From contig NC_002939.5 in NCBI RefSeq assembly GCF_000007985.2, forward strand, positions 3,720,001-3,752,000: a DNA stretch of 32,000 nucleotides. Reading direction: 5' to 3'. How positions within the stretch are numbered: position 1 is the stretch's first letter; every line of letters begins with the position of its first letter. The translations under genes and the position numbers were made by a program. This document shows, one piece after another, positions 8,861 to 16,953 of this stretch. The stretch comes from Geobacter sulfurreducens PCA (lineage in GTDB: Bacteria; Desulfobacterota; Desulfuromonadia; Geobacterales; Geobacteraceae). The notes beneath the pieces were generated by a model. That model saw only the letters and a program-made list of their open reading frames with translations, was not told the DNA's origin and ran no database searches.

Positions 8861-9565
8861 CTACTCTCCCAGGTACGCCTTTCGTACCTCGGGGTTTTCA
8901 GCAAGCTCCCTGGCCGGCCCTTCGAGGACAATCTGGCCGGTCTCCAGAACATAGGCCCGGTGAGCGATGGAAAGGGCCATGTGCGCGTTCTGCTCCACAA
9001 GCATGATGGTGGTACCGGTCCCGTTGATCTCGCCGATGATCTCGAAGATCTTTTCCACGAGCATCGGCGCGAGCCCCATGGAGGGTTCGTCCAGAAGCAG
9101 GAGCCGGGGCTGGGACATGAGCGCCCGCCCCATGGCGAGCATCTGCTGCTCACCACCGGAAAGGGTTTTGGCCAATTGCTTCTTCCGTTCTGCCAGGCGG
9201 GGGAAGAGGTGGAAAATCCGTTCCATCTCCTGGGCGATGCCCTTCTTGTCGGACCGGATATAGGCACCCATTTCCAGGTTCTCCAGCACACTCATCTTGG
9301 AGAAGACGCGACGTCCCTCGGGCACCTGACACACACCCCTCTTGACGATCTCGTGGGGGGCGGTTTTGGTGATGTCTTCACCCTCGAACAGGACCCGGCC
9401 GGCCGCCGCCGGCACAATGCTGGAAATAGTGTTCAGAATGGTGGTCTTGCCGGCACCGTTGGCGCCGATCAGGGCGACGATCTCGCCTTGATCGACCCGG
9501 CAGGAAACATTGACGAGAGCCTTGATGGCCCCATAGTTGACGGAAAGGTTTTCAACGACGAGCAT
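8861..9565 (-). CDS. livF: Branched-chain amino acid ABC transporter ATP-binding protein LivF
   Basis: 234 aa. Begins MLVVENLSVNYGAIKALVNVSCRVDQGEIVALIGANGAGKTT (Walker A). Signature is LSGGEQQML and Walker B is LLLLDEPSMGLAP. AAGGA SD. Confidence 0.92.
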   Translation of the reverse strand: MLVVENLSVNYGAIKALVNVSCRVDQGEIVALIGANGAGKTTILNTISSIVPAAAGRVLFEGEDITKTAPHEIVKRGVCQVPEGRRVFSKMSVLENLEMGAYIRSDKKGIAQEMERIFHLFPRLAERKKQLAKTLSGGEQQMLAMGRALMSQPRLLLLDEPSMGLAPMLVEKIFEIIGEINGTGTTIMLVEQNAHMALSIAHRAYVLETGQIVLEGPARELAENPEVRKAYLGE

Positions 9566-9609
9566 ACGCCATCCTTGTCGCGGTTAGTGTGCTTCAAGCG
9601 GGGGCGGAA

Positions 9610-10380
9610 CTAGTGGACGGCCGCCTTGCCGAGGTACGCCTCGATGACCTGCGGGTTGGCCCGGATTTCTTCGGGTTTTCCCTCGGCGATCTTGACGCCG
9701 TAATCGAGCACGGCGATCCGGTCGGACAGCCCCATGACAAACTTCATGTCGTGCTCCACGAGGAAGACCGTGATGCCGGTGGCGCGGATCTTCCGCACCA
9801 TCTCCAGCAGGACCTGCTTTTCCTGAGGGTTCATGCCAGCGGCCGGCTCGTCCAGCAGGATCAGGTCGGGCTTGATTGCCAGAGCACGCGCGATCTCCAG
9901 GCGACGCTGTTCGCCATAGGGAAGGCTCGTGGAAGGTTCATAGGCCCGATGCGCCAGGTCGACCTGTTTGAGGCATTCAATGGCCCATTCGGCGAGTTCG
10001 CCCTCTTCGCGCCGCACCCAGGGGGCCAGCTTCAGGATGGAACCGGTCAGGTCCCATTTCCCGCGGGTGTGGGCGCCGATCAGGACGTTCTCCAGAACCG
10101 ACAGCTCGGGGAACAGCCGGATATTCTGAAAGGTGCGGCCGATGCCGGCGGCGGCGATGCGGTACGTCTTCCGGCCGCTGATGGTCTCACCCTTGAAGGC
10201 AATGCTCCCCGCCGTCGGCGTATAGATACCGGTAATGAGGTTGAACAGGGTGCTCTTGCCGGCGCCGTTGGGACCGATGAGCGCCAGGATCTCCCCCTGC
10301 TCCACCGTCAGGTTGACGCTGTCGACGGCCACCAGACCGCCGAAGCGGATGGTTACGTTATCGAGTTTCAGAAGCGACAT
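9610..10380 (-). CDS. livG: Branched-chain amino acid ABC transporter ATP-binding protein LivG
   Basis: 256 aa. Begins MSLLKLDNVTIRFGGLVAVDSVNLTVEQGEILALIGPNGAGKST. Signature is LPYGEQRRLEIARAL and Walker B is LILLDEPAAGMNP. Confidence 0.92.
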   Translation of the reverse strand: MSLLKLDNVTIRFGGLVAVDSVNLTVEQGEILALIGPNGAGKSTLFNLITGIYTPTAGSIAFKGETISGRKTYRIAAAGIGRTFQNIRLFPELSVLENVLIGAHTRGKWDLTGSILKLAPWVRREEGELAEWAIECLKQVDLAHRAYEPSTSLPYGEQRRLEIARALAIKPDLILLDEPAAGMNPQEKQVLLEMVRKIRATGITVFLVEHDMKFVMGLSDRIAVLDYGVKIAEGKPEEIRANPQVIEAYLGKAAVH

Positions 10381-10398
10381 GGAACCTCGCCAATCCGT

Positions 10399-11322
10399 TT
10401 ATTTTCTGTGCCGTTCATTGACTTCCGCCGTAGCGGGCTTGCGGCCGATGGCCCGCAGCACCAGGTCGGTGAAGTTGATTCCGCCGAGCAGGCCGTTGGG
10501 GCGGAATACCATGAGGAAGACGAGCAATCCACCGTAGACGAGCATCCGGTACTGGGACATGAAGCGAAGGAACTCCGGGGCCGCCGCCAGGATGGACGCG
10601 CCGAAGACGGTGCCGGCAATGCTGCCGAGCCCTCCGAGAACGACCATGCTCAGGATGTCGACCGACTTGAGGAAGCCGAAGTCTGATGGATTGATGTAAC
10701 TGAGAAAATGAGCGTACAGGCATCCCCCCACCCCGGCCAGAAATGAGCCGACGGCAAAGGATTGGACCTTGTAGCGGGCGATGTTGATCCCCATTGCCTC
10801 GGCGGCGATCTCGTCGTCGCGGATCGCCTTCAGCGCCCGGCCGAAGCGTGACTCCTTCATGAAGCAGACGAAGATGATCGAGAGTATTGCCACCACCCAG
10901 ACGATGATCGGCATCGGGATCGGCGACCGGGCCGGGGGAACCGACAACCCCAAGGCCTTGTTGGTGATGTCGAGATTAAGAAAGACAACCTTGACGATCT
11001 CGGCGAAACCGAGGGTACAGATGGCCAGATAGTCGCCGGTGAGCCGGAGAATGGGATAGCCGATGGCTGCGCCGACAAAGGCGGTTATCAGTCCGGAGAG
11101 GAGGAGATTGGCGCTGAAGGGAAGCCCCGTGCGCAGGGTTATCACGGCACTGGTGAAGGCGCCGATACTCATGAACGCCGCGTGCCCCAGTGAGAGCTGG
11201 CCGGTGATGCCGGTAATGACGTTGAGTCCCAGGGCCAGGACAATGGCGATCCCGATGTTCACCAGGATCTGGAGGGTATATGGGTCAACCAGGTTGACGA
11301 TACTCTGCAGGGACTCTCCCAT
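10399..11322 (-). CDS. livM: Branched-chain amino acid ABC transporter permease LivM
   Basis: 307-aa polytopic membrane ORF. Contains GQLSLGHAAFMSIGAF and a LivM-type permease core. It is tightly packed between livH and livG. Confidence 0.9.
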   Translation of the reverse strand: MGESLQSIVNLVDPYTLQILVNIGIAIVLALGLNVITGITGQLSLGHAAFMSIGAFTSAVITLRTGLPFSANLLLSGLITAFVGAAIGYPILRLTGDYLAICTLGFAEIVKVVFLNLDITNKALGLSVPPARSPIPMPIIVWVVAILSIIFVCFMKESRFGRALKAIRDDEIAAEAMGINIARYKVQSFAVGSFLAGVGGCLYAHFLSYINPSDFGFLKSVDILSMVVLGGLGSIAGTVFGASILAAAPEFLRFMSQYRMLVYGGLLVFLMVFRPNGLLGGINFTDLVLRAIGRKPATAEVNERHRK

Positions 11323-11329
11323 ACGCTCG

Positions 11330-12205
11330 TTACACCTTTTTCTGAATTTTCTGCCCCAGCAGGCCCGTGGGCTTTACCAGGAGGACCAGGACAAGTATCG
11401 CGAAGGCGATGGCATCGCGGTAGGACGAATACCCGGCAGCTACCCCCATGACCTCAGCCACGCCCAGGAGCAGCCCGCCGAGCATGGCGCCGGGAATGGA
11501 GCCGATCCCGCCGAGGACTGCGGCCGAGAAAGCCTTGAGCCCTGCCATGAGCCCCATGTTGAAGCTTACCGCGTTGAACAGGAGCCCCACCAGCACCCCG
11601 CCGGCAGCCGCCAGGGAGGATCCGAGGGCAAAGGTGAAGGAGATCACGCGGTTCACGTTGATCCCCATGAGGGCTGCCGTGTTGTAGTCTTCGGAGGTGG
11701 CGCGCATGGCCTTGCCGATCTTGGTTTTCTGGACGATGAACTCGAGGCCGAGCATGAGGAGGGCCGAAACGCCGATGATGAGGAGTTGGAGGGTCGAGAT
11801 CTCGGCCCCAAGGACCTTCACCTGCCGGACCGGGAAGGCGGTGTCGGGGAAACCCTTGGCGTCGGCACCGAAGATCATGAGTGCCAGAGTCGAGAGGAAG
11901 ATGGAGACGCCGATGGCCGAGATGAGCGCCGACAGCCGCGACGACTTCCTGAGGGGCCGGTAGGCGATCAACTCGATGACCACCCCCATGACCATGCAGG
12001 TTGCCATGGCAAGGATCATGGCCACGAAGATGTTCATCTTGAACACGGCTACCATCAGCAGGCCCACGAACGCGCCCGCCATGAATATTTCTCCATGGGC
12101 GAAGTTGATGAGGGCGATGATGCCGTAGACCATGGTGTAGCCCAAGGCGATGAGCGCATAGGTGCTGCCGAGGGCGATCCCGTTGATGAGCTGCTGCAGG
12201 AGCAT
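11330..12205 (-). CDS. livH: Branched-chain amino acid ABC transporter permease LivH
   Basis: 291 aa. Begins MLLQQLINGIALGSTYALIALGYTMVYGIIALINFAHGEIFM, a typical LivH N-terminus. AGAGAGGA SD. Confidence 0.9.
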   Translation of the reverse strand: MLLQQLINGIALGSTYALIALGYTMVYGIIALINFAHGEIFMAGAFVGLLMVAVFKMNIFVAMILAMATCMVMGVVIELIAYRPLRKSSRLSALISAIGVSIFLSTLALMIFGADAKGFPDTAFPVRQVKVLGAEISTLQLLIIGVSALLMLGLEFIVQKTKIGKAMRATSEDYNTAALMGINVNRVISFTFALGSSLAAAGGVLVGLLFNAVSFNMGLMAGLKAFSAAVLGGIGSIPGAMLGGLLLGVAEVMGVAAGYSSYRDAIAFAILVLVLLVKPTGLLGQKIQKKV

Positions 12206-12318
12206 GCGGTTCCTCTCTGCGCCGGGGTGTAGCGATGACGTATTATTGGGATTGGTGAAACGAACTGCGAGTGCGGGGGAGTCCCCCCTGAACGGTCAAA
12301 CCGTCGACAGGTCAGACC

Positions 12319-12348
12319 TGTATACCACACTGACTAAAGATTGTGCAA
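12319..12348 (-). promoter_or_regulatory. Candidate sigma-70 promoter of the livHMGF operon
   Basis: The minus strand reads TTGCAC (12348-12343), 18 nt, then TATACA (12324-12319) preceded by TG (extended -10). The resulting ~110-nt leader contains three short GC hairpins. Confidence 0.35.
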
Positions 12349-12398
12349 GCTTTTCGATGGGGTTTATGTTGATATTCTGAAAAGTTAGTATGATTTCA

Positions 12399-12438
12399 CA
12401 AAAAACGGGGGGGGCAGGATTTCTCCCGCCCCCCCGTT
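12399..12438 (-). terminator. Rho-independent terminator of putA
   Basis: The minus strand reads CGGGGGGGCGGGAGAAATCCTGCCCCCCCCG followed by TTTTT(T)G. This is a long G/C stem with a one-base bulge, located 12 nt downstream of the putA stop. Confidence 0.8.
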
Positions 12439-12449
12439 GGCAAGCTCTT

Positions 12450-15400
12450 CTAATCGACCCAGTCGTCGTCCTCCTCGATAGGAGCGAAACCGCGCCGCAT
12501 GGTGTTCTCAGTGACCACCCGCGGGTCCATGAAGTGGAGGAGGTAGTCGGGACCGCCGGCCTTGGTGCCGACCCCGGACATGCGGGCGCCGCCGAAGGGC
12601 TGCCGCTCCACCAAGGCACCGGTGTTGTTCCGGTTGATGTAGAGGTTCCCCACCCGGAACTCCCGGCGGGCCTTGGCCAGGTGTTCGGGGCTGCGGCTGA
12701 AGATACCGCCGGTGAGGGCAAACTGCGTGGAGTTGGCCCATTCGATGGCCTGGTCGAAGTCCTTGGCCCGCATAACCGCAAGAACCGGTCCGAAGATCTC
12801 CTCCTGGGCGATACGGTGCTCGGGCTTTATGCCGCCAATGATGGTCATGGGGACGAAATACCCCTCACCGGCCGGCACCGGGCTCTCATAGAGAACATGC
12901 CCTTCCCGCTTGCCGATCTCCGCGTACTCCTTGATGCTCTTCATGGCCTTGTCGTCGGCCACGGCACCCATGTAGTTGGCCGGATCCTCGGAGGGGCCCA
13001 CCTTGGTGGCCTTGGCCATGGAAACGAGCCGCTCGATGAATTTATCATAAACTGCATCCAGCACGATGACCCGGGAACAGGCGGAGCATTTCTGCCCCTG
13101 GAAGCCGAAGGCCGAGTAGAGGACATGGGGCACCGCCTCGTCGAGGTCGGCGTCGTCGTCGATGATAATGGCGTTCTTGCCGCCCATCTCGGAGATGATC
13201 TTCTTCACGTTGGCCTGGCCCGGATGGACCTTGGCGGCACGCTCGATGATCCGCAGGCCGGTCTCCATGGAGCCGGTGAAGGCGATCAGGCTGATGTCCG
13301 GGTGATCCACCAGGTAGTCGCCCATGACCGAGCCGCGACCCGGCGTGAAGTTAAAGACCCCTTCGGGGAGGCCCGCCTCGCGGAACAGCTCCACCAAGTG
13401 CCAGCCGATGATCGAGGTGATCCCCGACGGCTTGAAGACCACGCAGTTGCCGGTGACGATGGCTGCCGACGCCATGCCCATGCTGATGGCCAGGGGGAAG
13501 TTCCAGGGTGCGATGACCGCGGCCACCCCTTTGGGCTCGTAGAAGTAATGGTTCAGTTCGCCCGGGGCGTGGCCCACCCGCTGGGGCTGGCCCAGCCGGA
13601 TCATCTCACGGGCATAGTATTCCAGGAAGTCGATGGCCTCGGTCACGTCGGCATAGGCCTGATCCCACTGCTTGCCGATCTCCAGGACCTGCCAGGCCGA
13701 GAGTTCGAAGAGTCGCTTGCGGGCGGCCTGGGCCGCCTTCAGGAGATATTCGGCCCTGGTCCGGGGATCGGTGTCGCGCCATGCCGGGAAGGCTGCCTTG
13801 GCGGCAGCGATGGCGTCGCCCACCTCCGTGGTGCCTGCCTGGCAGATCTGGCCCAGGACCTCAGAGGGCTTGTTGGGGTTCACGGTGGGGATGAGGTCGT
13901 TGGTCCGGACCTCTTTCCCGTTTATGAACAGGGGATAGGTCTTGCCCAACTGGGTCCGCACCTGGGCGATGTGCTTCGGGAAGGCAGCCCGGTGATCAGC
14001 CCGGGTGAAGTCCACCATGGCCTCGTTGTTGAACGGGGGAAGCCCGCCGAGGCCTTTCCGCTCCTTCTTCGGCTTTGCGGCGCGGGCGGCCCGTTCCCGC
14101 TCGACCGTGACAGCCGGGTCTTCCAGCAGGCGCTCGATCTGGGCGTCCTCGGCAAAGCTCTGGCGCAGGAACGATTCATTGGCGGTGTTCTCCAGGAGCC
14201 GACGCACCAGGTACCCCATCCCCGGAACCATGTTGCCGTAGGGTGCATAGAGGCGGATGCGTCCCGCCACCTTCAGAATCCCCTTGCGCACCGGTTCGGC
14301 CATGCCGTAGAGAACCTGGAATTCATAACGATCCTCCGGCACATTCAGTTCCCGCGCCATCTCCATGACCGCCGATATGGTCCGGATATTGTGGGAGGCG
14401 CAGGCAAAGTGGCAGATCTGGTGGTTTTCCAGGATCTTCCGCGCCTGGCGCTCGTAGGCCGCGTCGCTCTCCGCCTTGATGGTCCAGACCGGGACTTCCC
14501 AATCGTTCTGCTTCGCCTTGACCGTTTCGTAGTCCCAGTAGGCACCCTTCACGAGACGGACGGATATCTGAACCTTGTGCTCCTTCGCCCAGGCCAGAAG
14601 GTCATCCAGGTCCTTGTCGTTATCCTTCAGGTAAGCCTGGAGCACGATTCCCAGGTGGGGATAGTCGCGGTACTCCAGTTTCAGGCGCCGGAAGACCTCC
14701 AGGATGATCTCCTTGTGGCGGTACGATTCCATATCGATGCAGAGGAAGCCATTCAGCTCCATTACCTTCTTGAAGATGCGGCGCATCCGGTCAAGGATGG
14801 CCACCACCGACCCCTCGAAGTCCTGGGGATTGGCCAGGCAGAAGAGGGCCGTGGGCTTCACCGCAATGTTCACCTTGGGGGCATGCCCCCAGTCCAAGCC
14901 AGGGTCGCCTCCCTTGCCGGGCAGGCCTTTCCAGCTCCCCTGCTCTTTCTTCAGGGCCTCCAGCAGCTCCAGGTAGGTGTTCGTGTAGACTTCTGCTTCC
15001 TCTTCGGAAAGGGTCGCCTCGCCGAGCACGTCAACCACCGCGGCGAAGCCGTCCTTGCGGAGCTTCTCCAGGTTTTTCACCGCCTCCTTGGTGGTCTCGC
15101 CCACGATGAACTGGCGGGCCATCTCCTCGATATTGGAGGTGAGCACCTTGTTCAGCACGGCCCCGCCGAAGGAACCGAGCATCCCCGCCACCTTGGCCCC
15201 CGTGGACATGAACGCGGGCATATCCTGCTCGTTGCCGAAATATTCGCGAATATGCTCCGTCAGGAGCTTACTGGTGGTCAGCGAGGGGAACACGTCCACA
15301 AACCGGAACATCTGGATCTTGAACTGCTCGTTCTGCATGCTCCAGTCCATGGCCTTGCCCATCCAGGCCCCCTTGTTGAAGAGGGAGGGCTTCTCGCCGG

Positions 15401-15464
15401 AAATGCTGCCGAAAAACTCCTTGCCGCGGTTAACGATCTTCGTGTTCAGCTCACTGTTTAGCAT
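12450..15464 (-). CDS. putA: Bifunctional proline dehydrogenase / L-glutamate-gamma-semialdehyde (P5C) dehydrogenase PutA
   Basis: 1004-aa ORF with an AAGGAG SD. The N-terminal half is proline-dehydrogenase-like (FRFVDVFPSL, VKGAYWDYE). The C-terminal half is an aldehyde dehydrogenase (VIAPWNFPLAI, EMGGKNAIIIDDDADLD, FGFQGQKCSACSR). There is no N-terminal ribbon-helix-helix DNA-binding domain. Confidence 0.93.
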   Translation of the reverse strand: MLNSELNTKIVNRGKEFFGSISGEKPSLFNKGAWMGKAMDWSMQNEQFKIQMFRFVDVFPSLTTSKLLTEHIREYFGNEQDMPAFMSTGAKVAGMLGSFGGAVLNKVLTSNIEEMARQFIVGETTKEAVKNLEKLRKDGFAAVVDVLGEATLSEEEAEVYTNTYLELLEALKKEQGSWKGLPGKGGDPGLDWGHAPKVNIAVKPTALFCLANPQDFEGSVVAILDRMRRIFKKVMELNGFLCIDMESYRHKEIILEVFRRLKLEYRDYPHLGIVLQAYLKDNDKDLDDLLAWAKEHKVQISVRLVKGAYWDYETVKAKQNDWEVPVWTIKAESDAAYERQARKILENHQICHFACASHNIRTISAVMEMARELNVPEDRYEFQVLYGMAEPVRKGILKVAGRIRLYAPYGNMVPGMGYLVRRLLENTANESFLRQSFAEDAQIERLLEDPAVTVERERAARAAKPKKERKGLGGLPPFNNEAMVDFTRADHRAAFPKHIAQVRTQLGKTYPLFINGKEVRTNDLIPTVNPNKPSEVLGQICQAGTTEVGDAIAAAKAAFPAWRDTDPRTRAEYLLKAAQAARKRLFELSAWQVLEIGKQWDQAYADVTEAIDFLEYYAREMIRLGQPQRVGHAPGELNHYFYEPKGVAAVIAPWNFPLAISMGMASAAIVTGNCVVFKPSGITSIIGWHLVELFREAGLPEGVFNFTPGRGSVMGDYLVDHPDISLIAFTGSMETGLRIIERAAKVHPGQANVKKIISEMGGKNAIIIDDDADLDEAVPHVLYSAFGFQGQKCSACSRVIVLDAVYDKFIERLVSMAKATKVGPSEDPANYMGAVADDKAMKSIKEYAEIGKREGHVLYESPVPAGEGYFVPMTIIGGIKPEHRIAQEEIFGPVLAVMRAKDFDQAIEWANSTQFALTGGIFSRSPEHLAKARREFRVGNLYINRNNTGALVERQPFGGARMSGVGTKAGGPDYLLHFMDPRVVTENTMRRGFAPIEEDDDWVD

Positions 15465-15527
15465 GGCTCACTCCTTCGTTGGTTCATATGAGGCGGATAG
15501 CCCATGGTGTCGAGTTACCTACTGCAA

Positions 15528-15570
15528 ACAGTACCACTGCCACCATCTTGATGTCAATGGTTAAACCATT
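15528..15570 (-). promoter_or_regulatory. Candidate putA promoter with an overlapping GntR/FadR-type operator palindrome
   Basis: The minus strand reads TTGACA (15557-15552), 18 nt, then TACTGT (15533-15528). The palindrome AATGGTT-A-AACCATT (15556-15570) has 7-bp arms, fits the GntR-type GGT-N3-ACC core, and overlaps the -35. A further AACCATT half-site lies at 15704-15710 near the regulator gene. Confidence 0.4.
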
Positions 15571-15752
15571 AGTATTATCCTTCACACTATGCTATTCTTT
15601 GAAAAAATACGGCAGGGTGCTATAACTGGCAGTCTGAACATGCCGGCAAAGCCGGGCCGACGACGTAGACCGCGCCGGCTGTTCAACAAGCCGGCATGGG
15701 TATAACCATTGTAATCCTGCATTGCTACGGTGCAACGGAAGGAGCAACCCAG

Positions 15753-16469
15753 ATGTTTCGCAAGGCCAAGCAAAACCGGATCTTTCAAGACGTGGTGGAT
15801 CAGATACAGGAAGCGATCGTGGAAGGGAGGCTCAAGGAGGGGGACCAGCTTCCGGCAGAGCGAAAGCTCCAGGAAGAGTTCAATGTAAGCAGGGGTACCC
15901 TCCGGGAGGCGCTCCGCGTCCTGGAACAGAAGGGGCTCATCGAGATCCGGACCGGCGTGGCCGGGGGATCGGTGATCAAGGGGGTATCCACCGAGCAGGT
16001 GAGCGAGAGCCTGGCGCTGCTCATCCGCTACCAGAAGGTGCCACTGGCGAAGCTGGCCGAATTCCGCGAGGGCGTCGAAGGCATCGTGGCCGCGTTGGCC
16101 GCAAACCGGGCAACCTCCGAGCAGACAAGCCGGCTGCAGGAGCTGTTGAGCACGGCCGGTGAGTACCTGGAGCAGGGGGAGCCCCACTGGGATGCCTTCA
16201 TCCGGACCGACGAGGAGTTTCACCTGGCCCTGGCCGAGATGACCGACAACCCTCTCTTCATCACGGTGCTCGAAACCGTCTATCACAACATCCATACCTA
16301 CTACGAGCGCTACCTGCCCATGGAGGAAACGGTGCTGCGCCAGAACTACCAGGACTTGAAGGATTTGTTCGCGGCTGTCGCCGCCCGGGACGGGAAACGG
16401 GCCGAAGAGTTGGCCAGGGAGCACGTGCGGCGCTTCAACACGCGGATGGAGGAGCGCCATATCTCCTGA
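15753..16469 (+). CDS. GntR family (FadR/FCD subfamily) transcriptional regulator
   Basis: The track ORF starts at 15696. I prefer ATG 15753 (MFRKAKQNRIFQDVVDQIQEAIVEGRLKEGDQLPAERKLQEEFNVSRGTLREALRVLEQKGLIEIRTGVAGGSVI), which has a GGAAGGAG SD. The N-terminus is a winged-helix GntR domain, followed by an all-helical FCD-like C-terminal domain. Confidence 0.87.
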   Translation: MFRKAKQNRIFQDVVDQIQEAIVEGRLKEGDQLPAERKLQEEFNVSRGTLREALRVLEQKGLIEIRTGVAGGSVIKGVSTEQVSESLALLIRYQKVPLAKLAEFREGVEGIVAALAANRATSEQTSRLQELLSTAGEYLEQGEPHWDAFIRTDEEFHLALAEMTDNPLFITVLETVYHNIHTYYERYLPMEETVLRQNYQDLKDLFAAVAARDGKRAEELAREHVRRFNTRMEERHIS

Positions 16470-16492
16470 CCGAGAGACTTCGCACAGGGTTG

Positions 16493-16522
16493 TTGACAGC
16501 CATCCTTCCATTTTTTTATAGT
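16493..16522 (+). promoter_or_regulatory. Candidate sigma-70 promoter of the RND efflux operon
   Basis: TTGACA (16493-16498), 18 nt, then TATAGT (16517-16522), preceded by a T-run. Confidence 0.4.
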
Positions 16523-16547
16523 TCTATCTACATTTACCTGCACGAAA

Positions 16548-16577
16548 GTGTTCTCAAGTGTTCTCCATGGTTCTCCC
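16548..16577 (+). repeat. Three phased 10-bp direct repeats (GTGTTCTCAA / GTGTTCTCCA / TGGTTCTCCC)
   Basis: Read directly from the sequence. The core GTTCTC recurs three times at exactly 10-bp spacing. The repeats lie between the predicted TSS and the first codons of the small ORF, and span both candidate start codons (GTG 16558, ATG 16567). Confidence 0.7.
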
Positions 16578-16932
16578 GCTCCAGAGAAAAGGTATTGCCC
16601 TGCTTCTCCTTTTGCTGATGGTATCCGTCGCACTGGGAGGAGCCGTCTGTCTTGGCGCGGACCACCACCCCACCCACGCTGCTGCTGACACCGTTGCCCC
16701 CACTGCTGGGGACGAGGCTCCGTGTTGCCCCGATGAAGAAGGTCACAGCGACGGAGATCACTGCCAGAGTTGCCTTTCCTGCCCCTGCCAGGCGCCTCTT
16801 GCCGGGGACGGGCTGAGCCTGAGCTATGCCCCGTCCATCCACGTCCTTTCCTTTTCCGAACACCGCGTCCCCCCCCCCGACGTCTACCTGTCCAAGTTCG
16901 TACCCCCTGCAGAATCCCGTCTGATCCTGTAA
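16567..16932 (+). CDS. Small secreted Cys/His-rich protein, first gene of the RND metal-efflux operon (unknown family)
   Basis: ORF 16558..16932, with ATG at 16567 in frame and no clear SD for either start. The signal/anchor region is MVLPLQRKGIALLLLLLMVSVALGGAVCLGA. The mature part contains HHPTH and the cluster PCCPDEEGHSDGDHCQSCLSCPC (6 Cys and 2 His in 22 residues). The C-terminus is Pro-rich (RVPPPDVYLSKFVPPAESRLIL). Confidence 0.6.
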   Translation: MVLPLQRKGIALLLLLLMVSVALGGAVCLGADHHPTHAAADTVAPTAGDEAPCCPDEEGHSDGDHCQSCLSCPCQAPLAGDGLSLSYAPSIHVLSFSEHRVPPPDVYLSKFVPPAESRLIL

Positions 16933-16953
16933 CGGCACCAGCCGACCTGCCGT

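Noticed and set aside
12390-15461. A 1023-aa ORF on the + strand, the longest ORF in the window together with the RND pump.
   Set aside because: It is the exact antisense shadow of the strongly recognisable putA gene. It has no SD and no motifs, and its composition is G/L/V/H/D/A-rich and repetitive, typical of stop-poor antisense frames in high-GC DNA.
15523-15542. Sigma-54-like TGGCAGTGGTACTGTTTGCA on the minus strand upstream of putA.
   Set aside because: The GG-to-GC spacing is 16 nt, or 10 nt from the alternative GG, instead of the strict 12 nt. A sigma-70 reading (TTGACA-18-TACTGT) fits better.
15549-15560. The 12-mer TGATGTCAATGG is shared between the putA upstream region (15549-15560) and the amino-acid ABC operon upstream region (28802-28813). 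An AAACCATT 8-mer also recurs near 28886.
   Set aside because: My rough estimate is that tens of exact 12-mer repeats are expected by chance in a 32-kb window. Half of the match is simply the TTGACA -35 on the minus strand. It is not enough to claim a shared operator without genome-wide motif statistics.
16700-16800. CxxC spacing (CQSC, CLSC) in the small RND-operon protein as a possible c-type heme site, given the Geobacter context.
   Set aside because: No His follows either CxxC, so there is no CXXCH motif. No CXXCH motif stood out in the other called proteins on visual reading.
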